From NCBI GenBank assembly GCA_963755915.1, contig CAVWLP010000002.1, positions 768,001 through 832,000 on the forward strand: 64,000 nt of DNA, given 5' to 3'. The stretch comes from an uncultured Phycisphaerales bacterium. Its GTDB lineage: Bacteria; Planctomycetota; Phycisphaerae; Tepidisphaerales; Tepidisphaeraceae. Position numbers and translations under genes: made by a program. A model generated the notes under the pieces. It was given only the letters and a program-made list of their open reading frames with translations. It had not been told where the DNA came from and did not search any database. Numbering within the stretch: the stretch's first letter is position 1; each line of letters starts with the position of its first letter. Below are positions 41,898-51,390 of the stretch, one piece after another.

Positions 41898-42963
41898 TTA
41901 TCCGAGTTTGGCGAGCATCGCCTCAGTTACCTGCGATGTCGTCGCGGTTCCGCCGAGATCGCGGGTGTGATTTTTGGGATCGGCGACGACGGCGCGGCAG
42001 GCGTCGTTCACAGCGACCGCGGCCTGCAGCTGATTCAGAAATTCGAGCATCATCGCGATCGAAAGAAACGTGGCGATAGGATTGGCGAAATTCTTGCCGG
42101 CAATATCTGGAGCGCTGCCATGCACCGGCTCAAACATGCTGGCGGCCTGGCGCGTGGGGTTGAGGTTGGCGCTGCCGGCCATCCCCATGCCGCCCTGAAT
42201 CGCGGCGCCAAGGTCGGTGATGATGTCGCCGAACATGTTGGTGGTTACGATCACGTCATAAATTTTCGGCTTGGTCACCATATACATCGTGCAGGCGTCG
42301 ACGTGGTGATAATCGGTCTGGATCGCCGGATATTCCGCTTTCACCTGCTCGAAAGCGCGGAGCCAGAGGTTGTGGGCGAAGCGCAGGACGTTGGTCTTGG
42401 CGACGAGGGTGACTTTCTTGCGGTTAAACTTTTTCGCGTATTCGAATGCATAGCGGATGCAGCGCTCGACGCCGTGCCGGGTGGTGACTTCGATCTGGTT
42501 GGCGACTTCGTGGGGGGTGTCTTTGTAGAGGAACCCGCCATTGCCGGCGTAAAGCCCCTCGGTGTTTTCGCGGACGATGACCATGTTGATGTCATCGGGG
42601 CCGGCAGCGGATCGGTGTCGGAACGCCGGGCAAAAGGCGAGTGGGGCGGAGGTTGATAAACTGATCCAGCTCAAAGCGCATTTTGAGGAGGATTTCGGTT
42701 TCGAGGATTCCCTGGGGGATTTGGGCGGAGCCGCGCGGATCGACGCCAACGGCACCGAAAAGGATGGCATCGTGGGCGGCCAGCTCCTTAAGCGCCGTGT
42801 CGGGAAGGGTTTGGCCGGTTTTGAGGTAATGTTCACCGCCGAAGGGGTAGTCGGTGGTGGAATACTTGAAATTGAACTTGCGGGCGACGTGCTGAAGGAT
42901 GGAAAGACCAGCGGGGACGACTTCTTTTCCGACTCCATCGCCGGGCATGACAGCAATTTTCAT
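41898..42963 (-). CDS. leuB: 3-isopropylmalate dehydrogenase-family enzyme (frameshift near 42610)
   Basis: MPGDGVGKEV, NLRP, VRENTEGLY, KTNVL, NMFGDIITD, FEPVHGSAPDIAG. Confidence 0.85.
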
Positions 42964-43316
42964 GAATGATTCTCCTCGAGCTTCAATCGACGGAGGGTAA
43001 CGATAGCGGGGCCGGCGGGGAAATAAAGCTACGGATTTTTCTGTGGTGCTCCATTGTTGTCTCGCTGGTAAACTGTTCTTAAATTCCACCTGGGTCGATA
43101 AAATGGCTGGGCGTGGGCTTATCCGGGACGAGCCGGCAATACACGTCCGATAAATTCGTTAAGCATGATGCAGATGAGTCAATCGGCAAATACTGCGCTC
43201 TTGGCCTAAAGGTTGTAGACGGCAAGTCGATAATGAACGTGACGGCAGTGCGAAGTTCGCCCGCCGTCAACAACCCAAACACCGGCAAAAGGGGCCGGAG
43301 TTTCGGCCAGGGAGAA

Positions 43317-43910
43317 ATGCCAATGAACGCCACGACCAAAGTCAAAGATGTTCTGACCACGGGCGAGGTCGCCAAGATCTGCAATGTTGCCCCGCGCACG
43401 GTCAGCAAATGGTTCGACAGCGGAGCCCTCCACGGGTATCGCATTCCGGGCAGCAAGGACCGGCGCATTCCGCTCAACCAGCTTATCCGGTTCATGAAGA
43501 TGCACGGGATGCCGCTCAACGGCCTGATGACCGGCTGCACCCGCGTCCTCATCGTCGATGAGGAGCAGGACATCGTTGAAGTCCTGGAAAAGATCCTCGA
43601 AGACGAAGCGAAATACGAAGTGGAAGTCGCCAAGGGCGGCTTCGCCGCGGGGATCACCGCGGAAAAATTCCGTCCGCACGTGATCCTGCTGGACATGAAC
43701 CTGCGCGACATCGATGGCCGCGAGGTTTGCAAGCACGTGAAATCGAATTCCGATTTGCAGCTTACGAAAGTGATCGCGATGAGCGGCAAGATGACCCCCG
43801 AAGACGCCAAGGGCCTGCTTGGAAGCGGATTCGACGGGTTCCTCCGCAAGCCGTTCCACGTTCGGCAGGTGATCGAGGCGATCGAAGACGTGATGGCCGT
43901 GGTTTACTAA
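43317..43910 (+). CDS. Excisionase/MerR-like HTH fused to response regulator receiver domain
   Basis: LTTGEVAKICNVAPRTVSKWFD..YRIPGSKDRRI; VLIVDEE, ILLD, KPF. Confidence 0.92.
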   Translation: MPMNATTKVKDVLTTGEVAKICNVAPRTVSKWFDSGALHGYRIPGSKDRRIPLNQLIRFMKMHGMPLNGLMTGCTRVLIVDEEQDIVEVLEKILEDEAKYEVEVAKGGFAAGITAEKFRPHVILLDMNLRDIDGREVCKHVKSNSDLQLTKVIAMSGKMTPEDAKGLLGSGFDGFLRKPFHVRQVIEAIEDVMAVVY

Positions 43911-43941
43911 CCGAAGAGCTGAATTTTTATCCTGATGAAGA

Positions 43942-43982
43942 GACGAGGGCCGGACCCGGAGGGACTGGCCCTTGTCGTTTTT
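43942..43982 (+). terminator. Probable intrinsic terminator
   Basis: GACGAGGGCCGG..CTGGCCCTTGTC followed by GTTTTT. Confidence 0.6.
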
Positions 43983-44101
43983 AGACACGCTCGGACGCCG
44001 TTAGCACATCTGCCAAAGTAGCCGCCGCAACTCAATTCCATTCGCACACCCTTGCTCCCCCGGTTATGATTCGCGCCCGATCGACCAACAACAGGGCGCT
44101 C

Positions 44102-44909
44102 ATGGAACCTCTTCAGCGAATCGTCTGCGACTGGTGCAAGGCTCAGAATCCGCCGGGGGCAACCTCGTGCGAGAAATGCGGGGCTCCGCTGAATGTAAAG
44201 AATCTCGTCAGCGATTCCGGCTGGCGCGAAGCGCCGCGGCTGCGGGATATGTCGGAATTGAAATTCGGCTCCAGCGTTTGCCAGGTGGAGGGGGAAATCG
44301 TTCCCGTCGCGGAGATCACGCTGGGCGGACGCGACGCGATTTTTTTCGAGCATCACGTGCTGCTCTGGAAAGACGACGCGGTGCGGATGGACGTGATGCC
44401 GCTGACCGGCGGGATCAAGCGGGCGCTGGCGGGGATGCCGTTTGTGGTGTCGATCGCCTCGGGGCAGGGGCGGGTGGCCTTTTCGCGATGCGGCCGGGGA
44501 GCTGGTCGTCCTGCCGCTTGAGCCGGGCACGGAAATGGACGTGCGCGAGCACGCGTTTCTGCTCTGCTCGCATTCGATCGATTATTCCTACACGCGCATC
44601 AAGGGGCTGCGGAATATTCTCTTCGGGGGGCAAGGGATGTTCATGGACCGCTTCGTCGCCAAGAGCGAGCCGGGGCTGCTGATATTGCATGGGTATGGGA
44701 ATGTGTTCGAGCGGCGGCTGGGGGCGGGGGAGACGGTGATCCTGGAGCCGGGGGCTTATTTGTATAAAGACGCCAGCGTGACGATGGAGATCGAGACGCA
44801 GAAATTGACGACCGGATTTTTCGGGGGAGTGGGGATGAACCTGGCGAAGATGACGGGGCCTGGAAGAGTCGGGATTCAATCGATGTATCACCATCATCAT
44901 ACGGATTGA
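44102..44909 (+). CDS. Zinc-ribbon + AIM24-family protein (frameshift near 44485)
   Basis: CDWC..CEKCGAPL; GRVAFS; HGYGNVF; MTGPGRVGIQS. Confidence 0.85.
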
Positions 44910-45014
44910 GATGTTAAACGTTGTTGGAAATTTCGGGATCTCTGCGGTCCTGACTATTCGAGATCGCCGCGTGACGACTTACAGCTCTCTTTTTTCGATG
45001 GCTGATTCGGCGTT

Positions 45015-45149
45015 CGTTTTAAATGCAAATGCAGGGGAGGCGGGAGACAACCCATCAGGCCCCACCCTCGACAAGCTCAGGGCCGGCAAGGTTTTTCTCC
45101 CGCCTCCCCCGCACCCCCTCCACCCTCTTTCCACTTCCCCTAACCGTCC
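45015..45149 (+). repeat. About 130-bp structured repeat family C, copy 1 (with 23-bp insertion)
   Basis: Aligns with 45206-45330 (-) and 61031-61149 (+); 14-bp perfect stem 45034-45047/45096-45109. Confidence 0.85.
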
Positions 45150-45205
45150 AGCCCCGAAGACATAAAACTGATGCCGATGGGCGGGTCTTTGCATTTTCTT
45201 CCCGC

Positions 45206-45330
45206 GGACGGTTGAGGGGAAAAGGAGAGGGAGTGGGGAGGGTGCGGGAGGGGCGACGGGGAAACTCTTGGGGCCCTATGTGGTTCCCCCTCGCCCCTCC
45301 TGCATTGCATTTGAATTTGCATTTAAAACG
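45206..45330 (-). repeat. About 130-bp structured repeat family C, copy 2 (inverted relative to copy 1)
   Basis: Reverse complement closely matches 61031-61149. Confidence 0.88.
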
Positions 45331-45405
45331 AGCGACAAGGAATCGTGGCACGATAAATCCGTCGCGTCGCCAAGCGTGCCCTGCGAACACCAGGCCAAAG
45401 ACGTC

Positions 45406-46337
45406 ATGACTACACCAACACCGCCGAATACTTCTCGTACCGTCAAGTGTACCTGGTGCGGACACACTGGCGATGCCTCGGCAAGCACAAGCTGCCCGCG
45501 GTGCGGCGCCCGATTGATGTGCGGATGGCTGTGGATGATGCGGGGTGGACGGAGCTGCCGGCGATTCGGGATATGGCGCGGATTCAGCTTGGGCAGTCGT
45601 CTTGCCAGATCGAGGGGAAGTATGTGCCGGTGGCGGATTTCAAGTTGGCGGGCGGGGACAGCGTTTATTTCACGCATCATCTTTTGCTGTGGAAGGATGA
45701 GCAGGTGCAGATTGGGACGATGCCGCTGGCGAAGGGATGGAAGCGGCTGTTCGCGGGGCTGCCGCTGATCATGACTCAGGCGTCCGGGCCGGGACGGGTG
45801 GCGTTTTCGAAGGATGCGCCCGGGGAGATGATCGCCCTGCCGCTGGATGCGGGGCAGTCGATCGACGTGCGCGAGCATGTCTTCATGGTGGCCAGCGGGT
45901 CGGTGGCTTATGACTGGTTTCAGACCGGGATCTGGTTTACGACGCACGCGGGGAAGGATTCGGAAACGCATTATCCGATCGGGATGTTCATGGACCGATT
46001 CACGGCCGGTTCGGGAGATCGGAAGGAGCCGGGCTTGGTTTTGCTGCATGGGCATGGGAATGTGTTTGTGCGGAATCTGGGGCCGGCGCAGACGATCACG
46101 ATCAAGCCGACGGCGCTGCTGTTCAAGGATCCGACGGTTTTCATGAACCTGCACATCGAGACGCCGGGGGCGAGGTATGGGTCGTTCAGCTCCTGGCGGA
46201 TGTGGGCGAACCGGTATGTGTGGCTGCACCTTCGCGGGCCGGGACGGGTGGCGATTCAGTCGCACTTTGAGCAGATGGAGGATGGGGGGAATCAGATCAC
46301 GAGCAGTTCGCCGATGACGACGGGGTGGAGGTGGTGA
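45406..46337 (+). CDS. Zinc-ribbon + AIM24-family protein, paralog 2 (frameshift near 45510)
   Basis: CTWC..CPRCGA; GPGRVAFS; HGHGNVF; GPGRVAIQS. Confidence 0.85.
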
Positions 46338-46567
46338 CTGAACAGAACTGAACACTTCTGAACACTTTTTGGATTTCGATTAGTTAGTGCTAGCTTATCG
46401 CGATCTTGTATCGTTTGGTGTTTCCTGGGGTTGGGCGGGGGTGACGCGAAATGGGAAGGGGCGTGACGGAGAAAGTGTTCAGTTTTGTTGGGGTTTAACA
46501 AATGTGAGTGGGTGAGGTGCATTTAAAGGCGAATGGGGATTTTTCCGGTCGCCGCGGCGACCGCCTC

Positions 46568-46683
46568 CCTTCGGTCTGACTTCGATGAGCTCCCTTCGGT
46601 CTGAGCTCAGGGTCGAAGACAGTCGAATCGAGCTCAGGGTCGAAGACAACCGTCCTTCACGACTCCCTGAGCTCGTCGAAGTC
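46568..46683. repeat. Nested cluster of GAGC..GTCGA micro-hairpin elements
   Basis: A 28-bp element contains a 24-bp element, which contains an identical 28-bp element; a further copy lies at 46661-46683. Confidence 0.88.
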
Positions 46684-48203
46684 AGCCCCGCTTGTCCGAC
46701 CTGGGCTGGATTCAAAAGTTTCGCGTTCGCGAAATCGGTGACGTCCCTCGAAGGCCCGGGCTTCATCTGCCGTCCCGATTCTATCTCAATGATTAATCGT
46801 CAAGCCTGGGCGTGATCCGGCTAATGCACATCGCCTTTGGTTGCGAGGCTGATATAATCGACAACGCAGCGTTGCGAAAGACGGGCCTCCCGGCGTGACT
46901 GTTGGCGGGATCAATGTTTTCGCCGTTGTTGTGGACGCGGTCGAGGGTCGGGAATCAGCGTCAAAGGAGAAGGCGGCAGAAACCAGGATCGTTAAAACGC
47001 CTGCAGCTTACGCGCGACACTCTAATGAGGCTATTTCGGCCGAAAATATATGCCATTCGGCAATTCGCCAACTACCGACGAGCGCCTGCGATCCGGTCTC
47101 GATGCGAATCAAGCTGTCCGTGAGCAGATGTGCATTGCGTTGCTACCATTGTTGGGAAAATACACATTTGCTAGACCGCGGCGACCGCGCGGCGGTCCAG
47201 ACGGTGGTCGCGACATTGAGGCGCTTTTTGACGACCGTCTAACCGTTTGGGGCGCCGTAGGATTCCAAAACGGTGCCAATGATTCTGCGGAACAAAAGAA
47301 ATGGGTCCATAAGAAATTCGGGAACGATCTTTCCGCTGCGATTAAAAATAGTTCTGCGCTAAGGGGTTTTGTGTTCTTCACGAATGTGGATCTTACGCCT
47401 GGTGAGCAAAGTAAGCTGCGAAAATTAGCGACTACCCGAAAATTGACACACGTAGAAATTTTTGGCGCGAGCAATTGAGGCATGTATTGGATAGCACTGA
47501 GGGATTGGGCTATCGGTTGCGGTACCTTGGCCTATCGATGTCGCCTGAAGAACAGCTTCAGTTCGTTAGCCGATTTGAGCAAACGATCGGTCTGGCTCTT
47601 GATAAACATCGGGAGTTTTTCGAAGAGCGGATGAGGCGGCTTGAGTTTTTGCAGATGGCTTCGGAACCCATCCACAGTGTCTCTGCGCTATGCATTCTTA
47701 AGGATATAGTACCGGCCATTTCGTTGGGTCATTTTCGCGTATTCCTGCAGTTAAGCGCGATTCGTGATGGATATATAAGCTCGTTAAGTCTTATCGCACG
47801 CGACAGGAAGAATTTTGGACAATTGCCTAGTGAAATTAGAGCAAGGTTCAATAACCGGCTCGGAATTGAATCGTGTATTTGGTCGGAGAATGAGAAAAAC
47901 AGAATAGCTCCCGCACACGACTTCAATCTCATTCGTGGACCGACAGTTACCGATATCGATTTCGGCGTGGATGAGATTGACCAGCCGCACAGTTTTTCGT
48001 TGCGACAGCTTAATCGTCGCGCGTTCTCGCTTTATATGACGGAGCCGCTGGCCGAAAGGATCCGAGCCGTAAATATTATCGTCAACTGTCATGGGGCGCG
48101 CAAAACCGGCCAATTGAGGGCGCGCCAAAACCGGCCATTTTGAGGCACAGGAGATTGGGTTATCGACCTTGGCTTTCGGCGGTTGCCGCAAGCCAATGGT
48201 GGG

Positions 48204-49933
48204 ATGGCCAATCAACTCAAGATGGCGGAAGTACAAGCAATTTTGGCACTTGCGCAGCGGCTGGTCCAATCGGAACATCGCCCGCCAACTCGGCGTTCAC
48301 CGGGAGACCGTTGGACGCCACATCCGGTTGTCGGGCGGCGATCCTGCGGCGCCCGGATCGGATTCAAAACCGGCCAGCGCGCCCCTCGGCTCGACGGTGC
48401 TCGCCGCAGGCGGCTCGACGGTGCTCGCCGCAGGCGGCTCGACGGTGCTCGCCGCAGGCGGCTCGACGGTGCTCGCCGCAGGCGGCTCGACGGTGCTCGC
48501 CGCAGGCGGCTCGGAGAGCGCGCCCACCGGGTTATCCGGCGCGCCCATCGGGTCGGTCAGTACGGCATCGCCCTGGCGTGAGGTCATTGTTCAGAAGTTG
48601 GAAGCCGGGCTGACGGCCCAGCGGATTTATCAAGACATCTCCAGCGATCACGGCTATGCCGGCAGCTATTACAGCGTGCGCCGGTTCATCAAGAAGCTCT
48701 CGGCTGCCGCGCCGGCGCCCTTTCGCCGGATGGAATGCGAGCCGGGAGCCGAGGTGCAGGTGGACTTCGGCCGGGGTGCGCCCTGGTCGGTCCTGACGGC
48801 AAACGCAAAGCAACCTGGGTCTTCCGCATTGTGCTGAGCCACAGCCGCAAGGGGTACGCCGAGGCGGTGGAGCGGCAGACGACCGATGATTTTCTGCGTT
48901 GTCTGGAAAATGCCTTTACGCACTTCGGCGGGATGCCGTCAGCGCTGGTGATCGACAATCTTCGCGCGGCGGTGACGCGGGCGGACTGGTTCGAGGCGGA
49001 GTTGTGTCCCAAGGTCCGGTCGTTCGCCGAACATTATGGAATCGCCATTCTGCCCACCAAGCCGTACACGCCGCGGCACAAGGGGAAGATCGAGCGGGGC
49101 ATCGGCTATGTGAAGAGCAATGCTCTCAAAGGCCGGCAATTCGCCTCGCTCTCGGATCAGAACGCGCATCTGCTGACGTGGGAGAAGAGCGTGGCCGACA
49201 CGCGCATCCACGGCACGACGCGGCGGCAGGTGAAGGAAGTCTTCGAGCAGGTAGAGAAGCCGGCACTGTTGGCTCTGCCGCCGGTGCGATTCGATCTTTT
49301 CACCGAGGCGTTGCGCAGTGTTCACCGCGACGGGCACGTGGAGATCAAGGGGGCGTACTATTCGGTCCCGCCGGAGTTTTTGGGCCAGCGGGTCTGGGCG
49401 CGGTGGGACGGCGCACGGTCCGGCTGTTCGATCAGAAGATGCGTGCGATCGCTCTGCACGCGCAGCGTCCGCCGGGCAGGTTCTCGACGCAAGACGCCCA
49501 TATCCTGCCGGAGAAGATCAGCGGCATCGAGCGTGGAACGACCTGGCTTCTCCAGCGGATCGAATGCATCGGGCCGCACGCCACGCAGTGGGCGCAGTCA
49601 ATGCTTCAGCATCGCGGCATCGAAGGCGTGCGCGTGTTGATGGGGCTGCTGTCGCTGGCCAATCAGCAGCCGCGACCGGCCGTGGAACGAGCCTGCGAGA
49701 TTGCTCTGGGGCATGGCGCGTATCACCTGCGCTCCCTGCGGCAGCTCATCGAACACCAAAACGGTGCGCCGGTTCAACAACACTTCGAGTTTGTTCAGGA
49801 ACATCCAATCATCCGCGGACTGGCCGATTACGGACAGTTCGTACGCGACGCAATCACCCAAGCGGAGGCTTTGCCTGCCGCACAACCTTTACAGGCCTGC
49901 CCTGAGCAGAGCCGAAGGGAGTCCACCCCATGA
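48204..49933 (+). CDS. istA: IS21 transposase (three apparent frameshifts)
   Basis: HTH IARQLGVHRETVGR; EVQVDFG; IDNLRA; PRHKGKIERGI; RIHGTT; YSVPP. Confidence 0.9.
48388..48507 (+). repeat. Five perfect tandem 24-bp units GGCTCGACGGTGCTCGCCGCAGGC, in frame in istA
   Basis: Read directly; encodes (GSTVLAAG)x5. Confidence 0.95.
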
Positions 49934-50820
49934 GACCTTCGTTGATGCAGACGCTCAAGCAACTTCGGCTTTCAGGTCTGGCGAGCAGCCTTGAAGTTCG
50001 CCTGAGCGAGGCGGCCGGCAATCGGCTCGACCACAGTGAGTTTTTGGAACTGATCCTTCAGGATGAACTGAACGTCCGATCCAGCCGGCAGATCGGCCGG
50101 CGCGTCAAGGCGGCGATGTTCCGCGACACCAAAAACCTCGACGAGTTCGACTTCTCCTTCAACACCTCCATCAAACGCAAACAGATTCACGATCTGGCCG
50201 CCGGCCAGTTCATTCGTGACAAACGTGACGTGCTCTTGCTGGGTCCGCCCGGCGTGGGCAAATCGTTTTTGGCCCAGGCCATCGGACACCAGGCGATCAA
50301 GAGCGGCTTGGTGGTCCTGTACCGATCCATCTTCGACCTGGCCCGCGACTTTTTAGGCGACGAGGATCTGGGAGCCCAGGACAAGACGCTGGCCCGGTAT
50401 CTCAAGCCTGATCTGCTTATCATCGACGACATGGGAATGAAGCAGCTTCCGCGGCGCAGCGGCGAATGCCTGCTGGAGATCGTCATGCGCCGGCACGAGA
50501 ACCGCTCGACGATGATGACCAGCAACCGTCCACTGGAGGACTGGGCCAAGCTGATCGGCGACGTGCCGGCGGCCACGGCCATTCTGGATCGGTTCCTGCA
50601 GCACGCCACGATCATCAACATCACCGGCAAGAGCTACCGCCTTCGGCATGGGGGCCATTCGACTTCGCTCACGGCAGGCCAATCCGGGACACCGGAAAAG
50701 ACAAATCCAAAAGGACGGCGGAGTACCGCCGGCGATGAAGGGTGCTCCCCCCCGGAAGACACCGTGACAGAGCCGCCGTTGTCTTCTGATGTGGGGGTAT
50801 CCGCCGGCCAGACGGCGTGA
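49930..50820 (+). CDS. istB: IS21 helper ATPase
   Basis: FDFSFN, GPPGVGKS, LLIIDD, TSN, AILDRF, GKSYRL. Confidence 0.95.
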   Translation: MRPSLMQTLKQLRLSGLASSLEVRLSEAAGNRLDHSEFLELILQDELNVRSSRQIGRRVKAAMFRDTKNLDEFDFSFNTSIKRKQIHDLAAGQFIRDKRDVLLLGPPGVGKSFLAQAIGHQAIKSGLVVLYRSIFDLARDFLGDEDLGAQDKTLARYLKPDLLIIDDMGMKQLPRRSGECLLEIVMRRHENRSTMMTSNRPLEDWAKLIGDVPAATAILDRFLQHATIINITGKSYRLRHGGHSTSLTAGQSGTPEKTNPKGRRSTAGDEGCSPPEDTVTEPPLSSDVGVSAGQTA

Positions 50821-51390
50821 ACGGGGACCAATAACTCAAGGAACAGTTGCGTCGGATAGAACGGATGCGGTATAGAATACGTCAGCACATTGGCCGGTTT
50901 TGAAGCGCCCCGCCCTGGCTGGTTTTGGCGCGCCCCGTGACAGTCAACAGCTACTTGATATTTAGGGCAAGCTCAGAGGAGTTTGTTTTGAACAAGAATA
51001 TCCTGTCGTTCGAGGAGCCGCCGTGGAAAGGTAAGCTAACAAAAGTCGAGAGAGCAGTTCGTTGGGTTGAATTTCAGTTTCCGCAGTCGGATTCGTTTAT
51101 TGATTTCGCTTTTCACACACCTCAGCTAATGATTTGAGATGCGGCAACGGCTTGGCTATTCGTCGAGGTAGTGGCGACATGCCGCGTTGCAATGTGGCCA
51201 TTCGTCTTTTTCGTAGTAGCGATGGCGTTGTCTCTAAGCGCCGTACGGGCGAACCCTTAAATATTACATCCCCGCTCTGTTTACCATCAATCAAACCCAG
51301 CGCAACCGCCTCCCTCACATTGACTTAAACAGAAATAAGTTATCATACACTAACCAATCGCCGAAAACGTAACATTTCGTAACATTTTGT

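Larger units (their letters stand above)
48087..50942 (+). mobile_element. IS21-family insertion sequence
   Basis: Ends TGTCATGGGGCGCGC / GCGCGCCCCGTGACA with repeated AAAACCGGCCA motifs; 6-bp target duplication GTCAAC (48081-48086, 50943-50948). Confidence 0.95.
47050..51137 (+). pseudogene. Low-GC restriction-endonuclease-like (PD-(D/E)XK/Mrr-like) gene interrupted by IS21
   Basis: GPDGGRDIEA and FVFFTN motifs; frame IIVN|SYLIFR rejoins across the IS; additional frameshift near 47465. Confidence 0.72.

Noticed and set aside
43317-43500. Excisionase-like HTH as a prophage marker
   Set aside because: It is fused to a receiver domain and there is no integrase or phage gene nearby.
46585-46815. 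ORF with repeated ELRVED, and ORFs across 45023-45465
   Set aside because: They are translations of the non-coding repeat elements, with no independent sign of coding.
48388-48507. 24-bp repeats as a CRISPR array
   Set aside because: The units are contiguous with no spacers, lie in frame in istA, and no cas genes are present.
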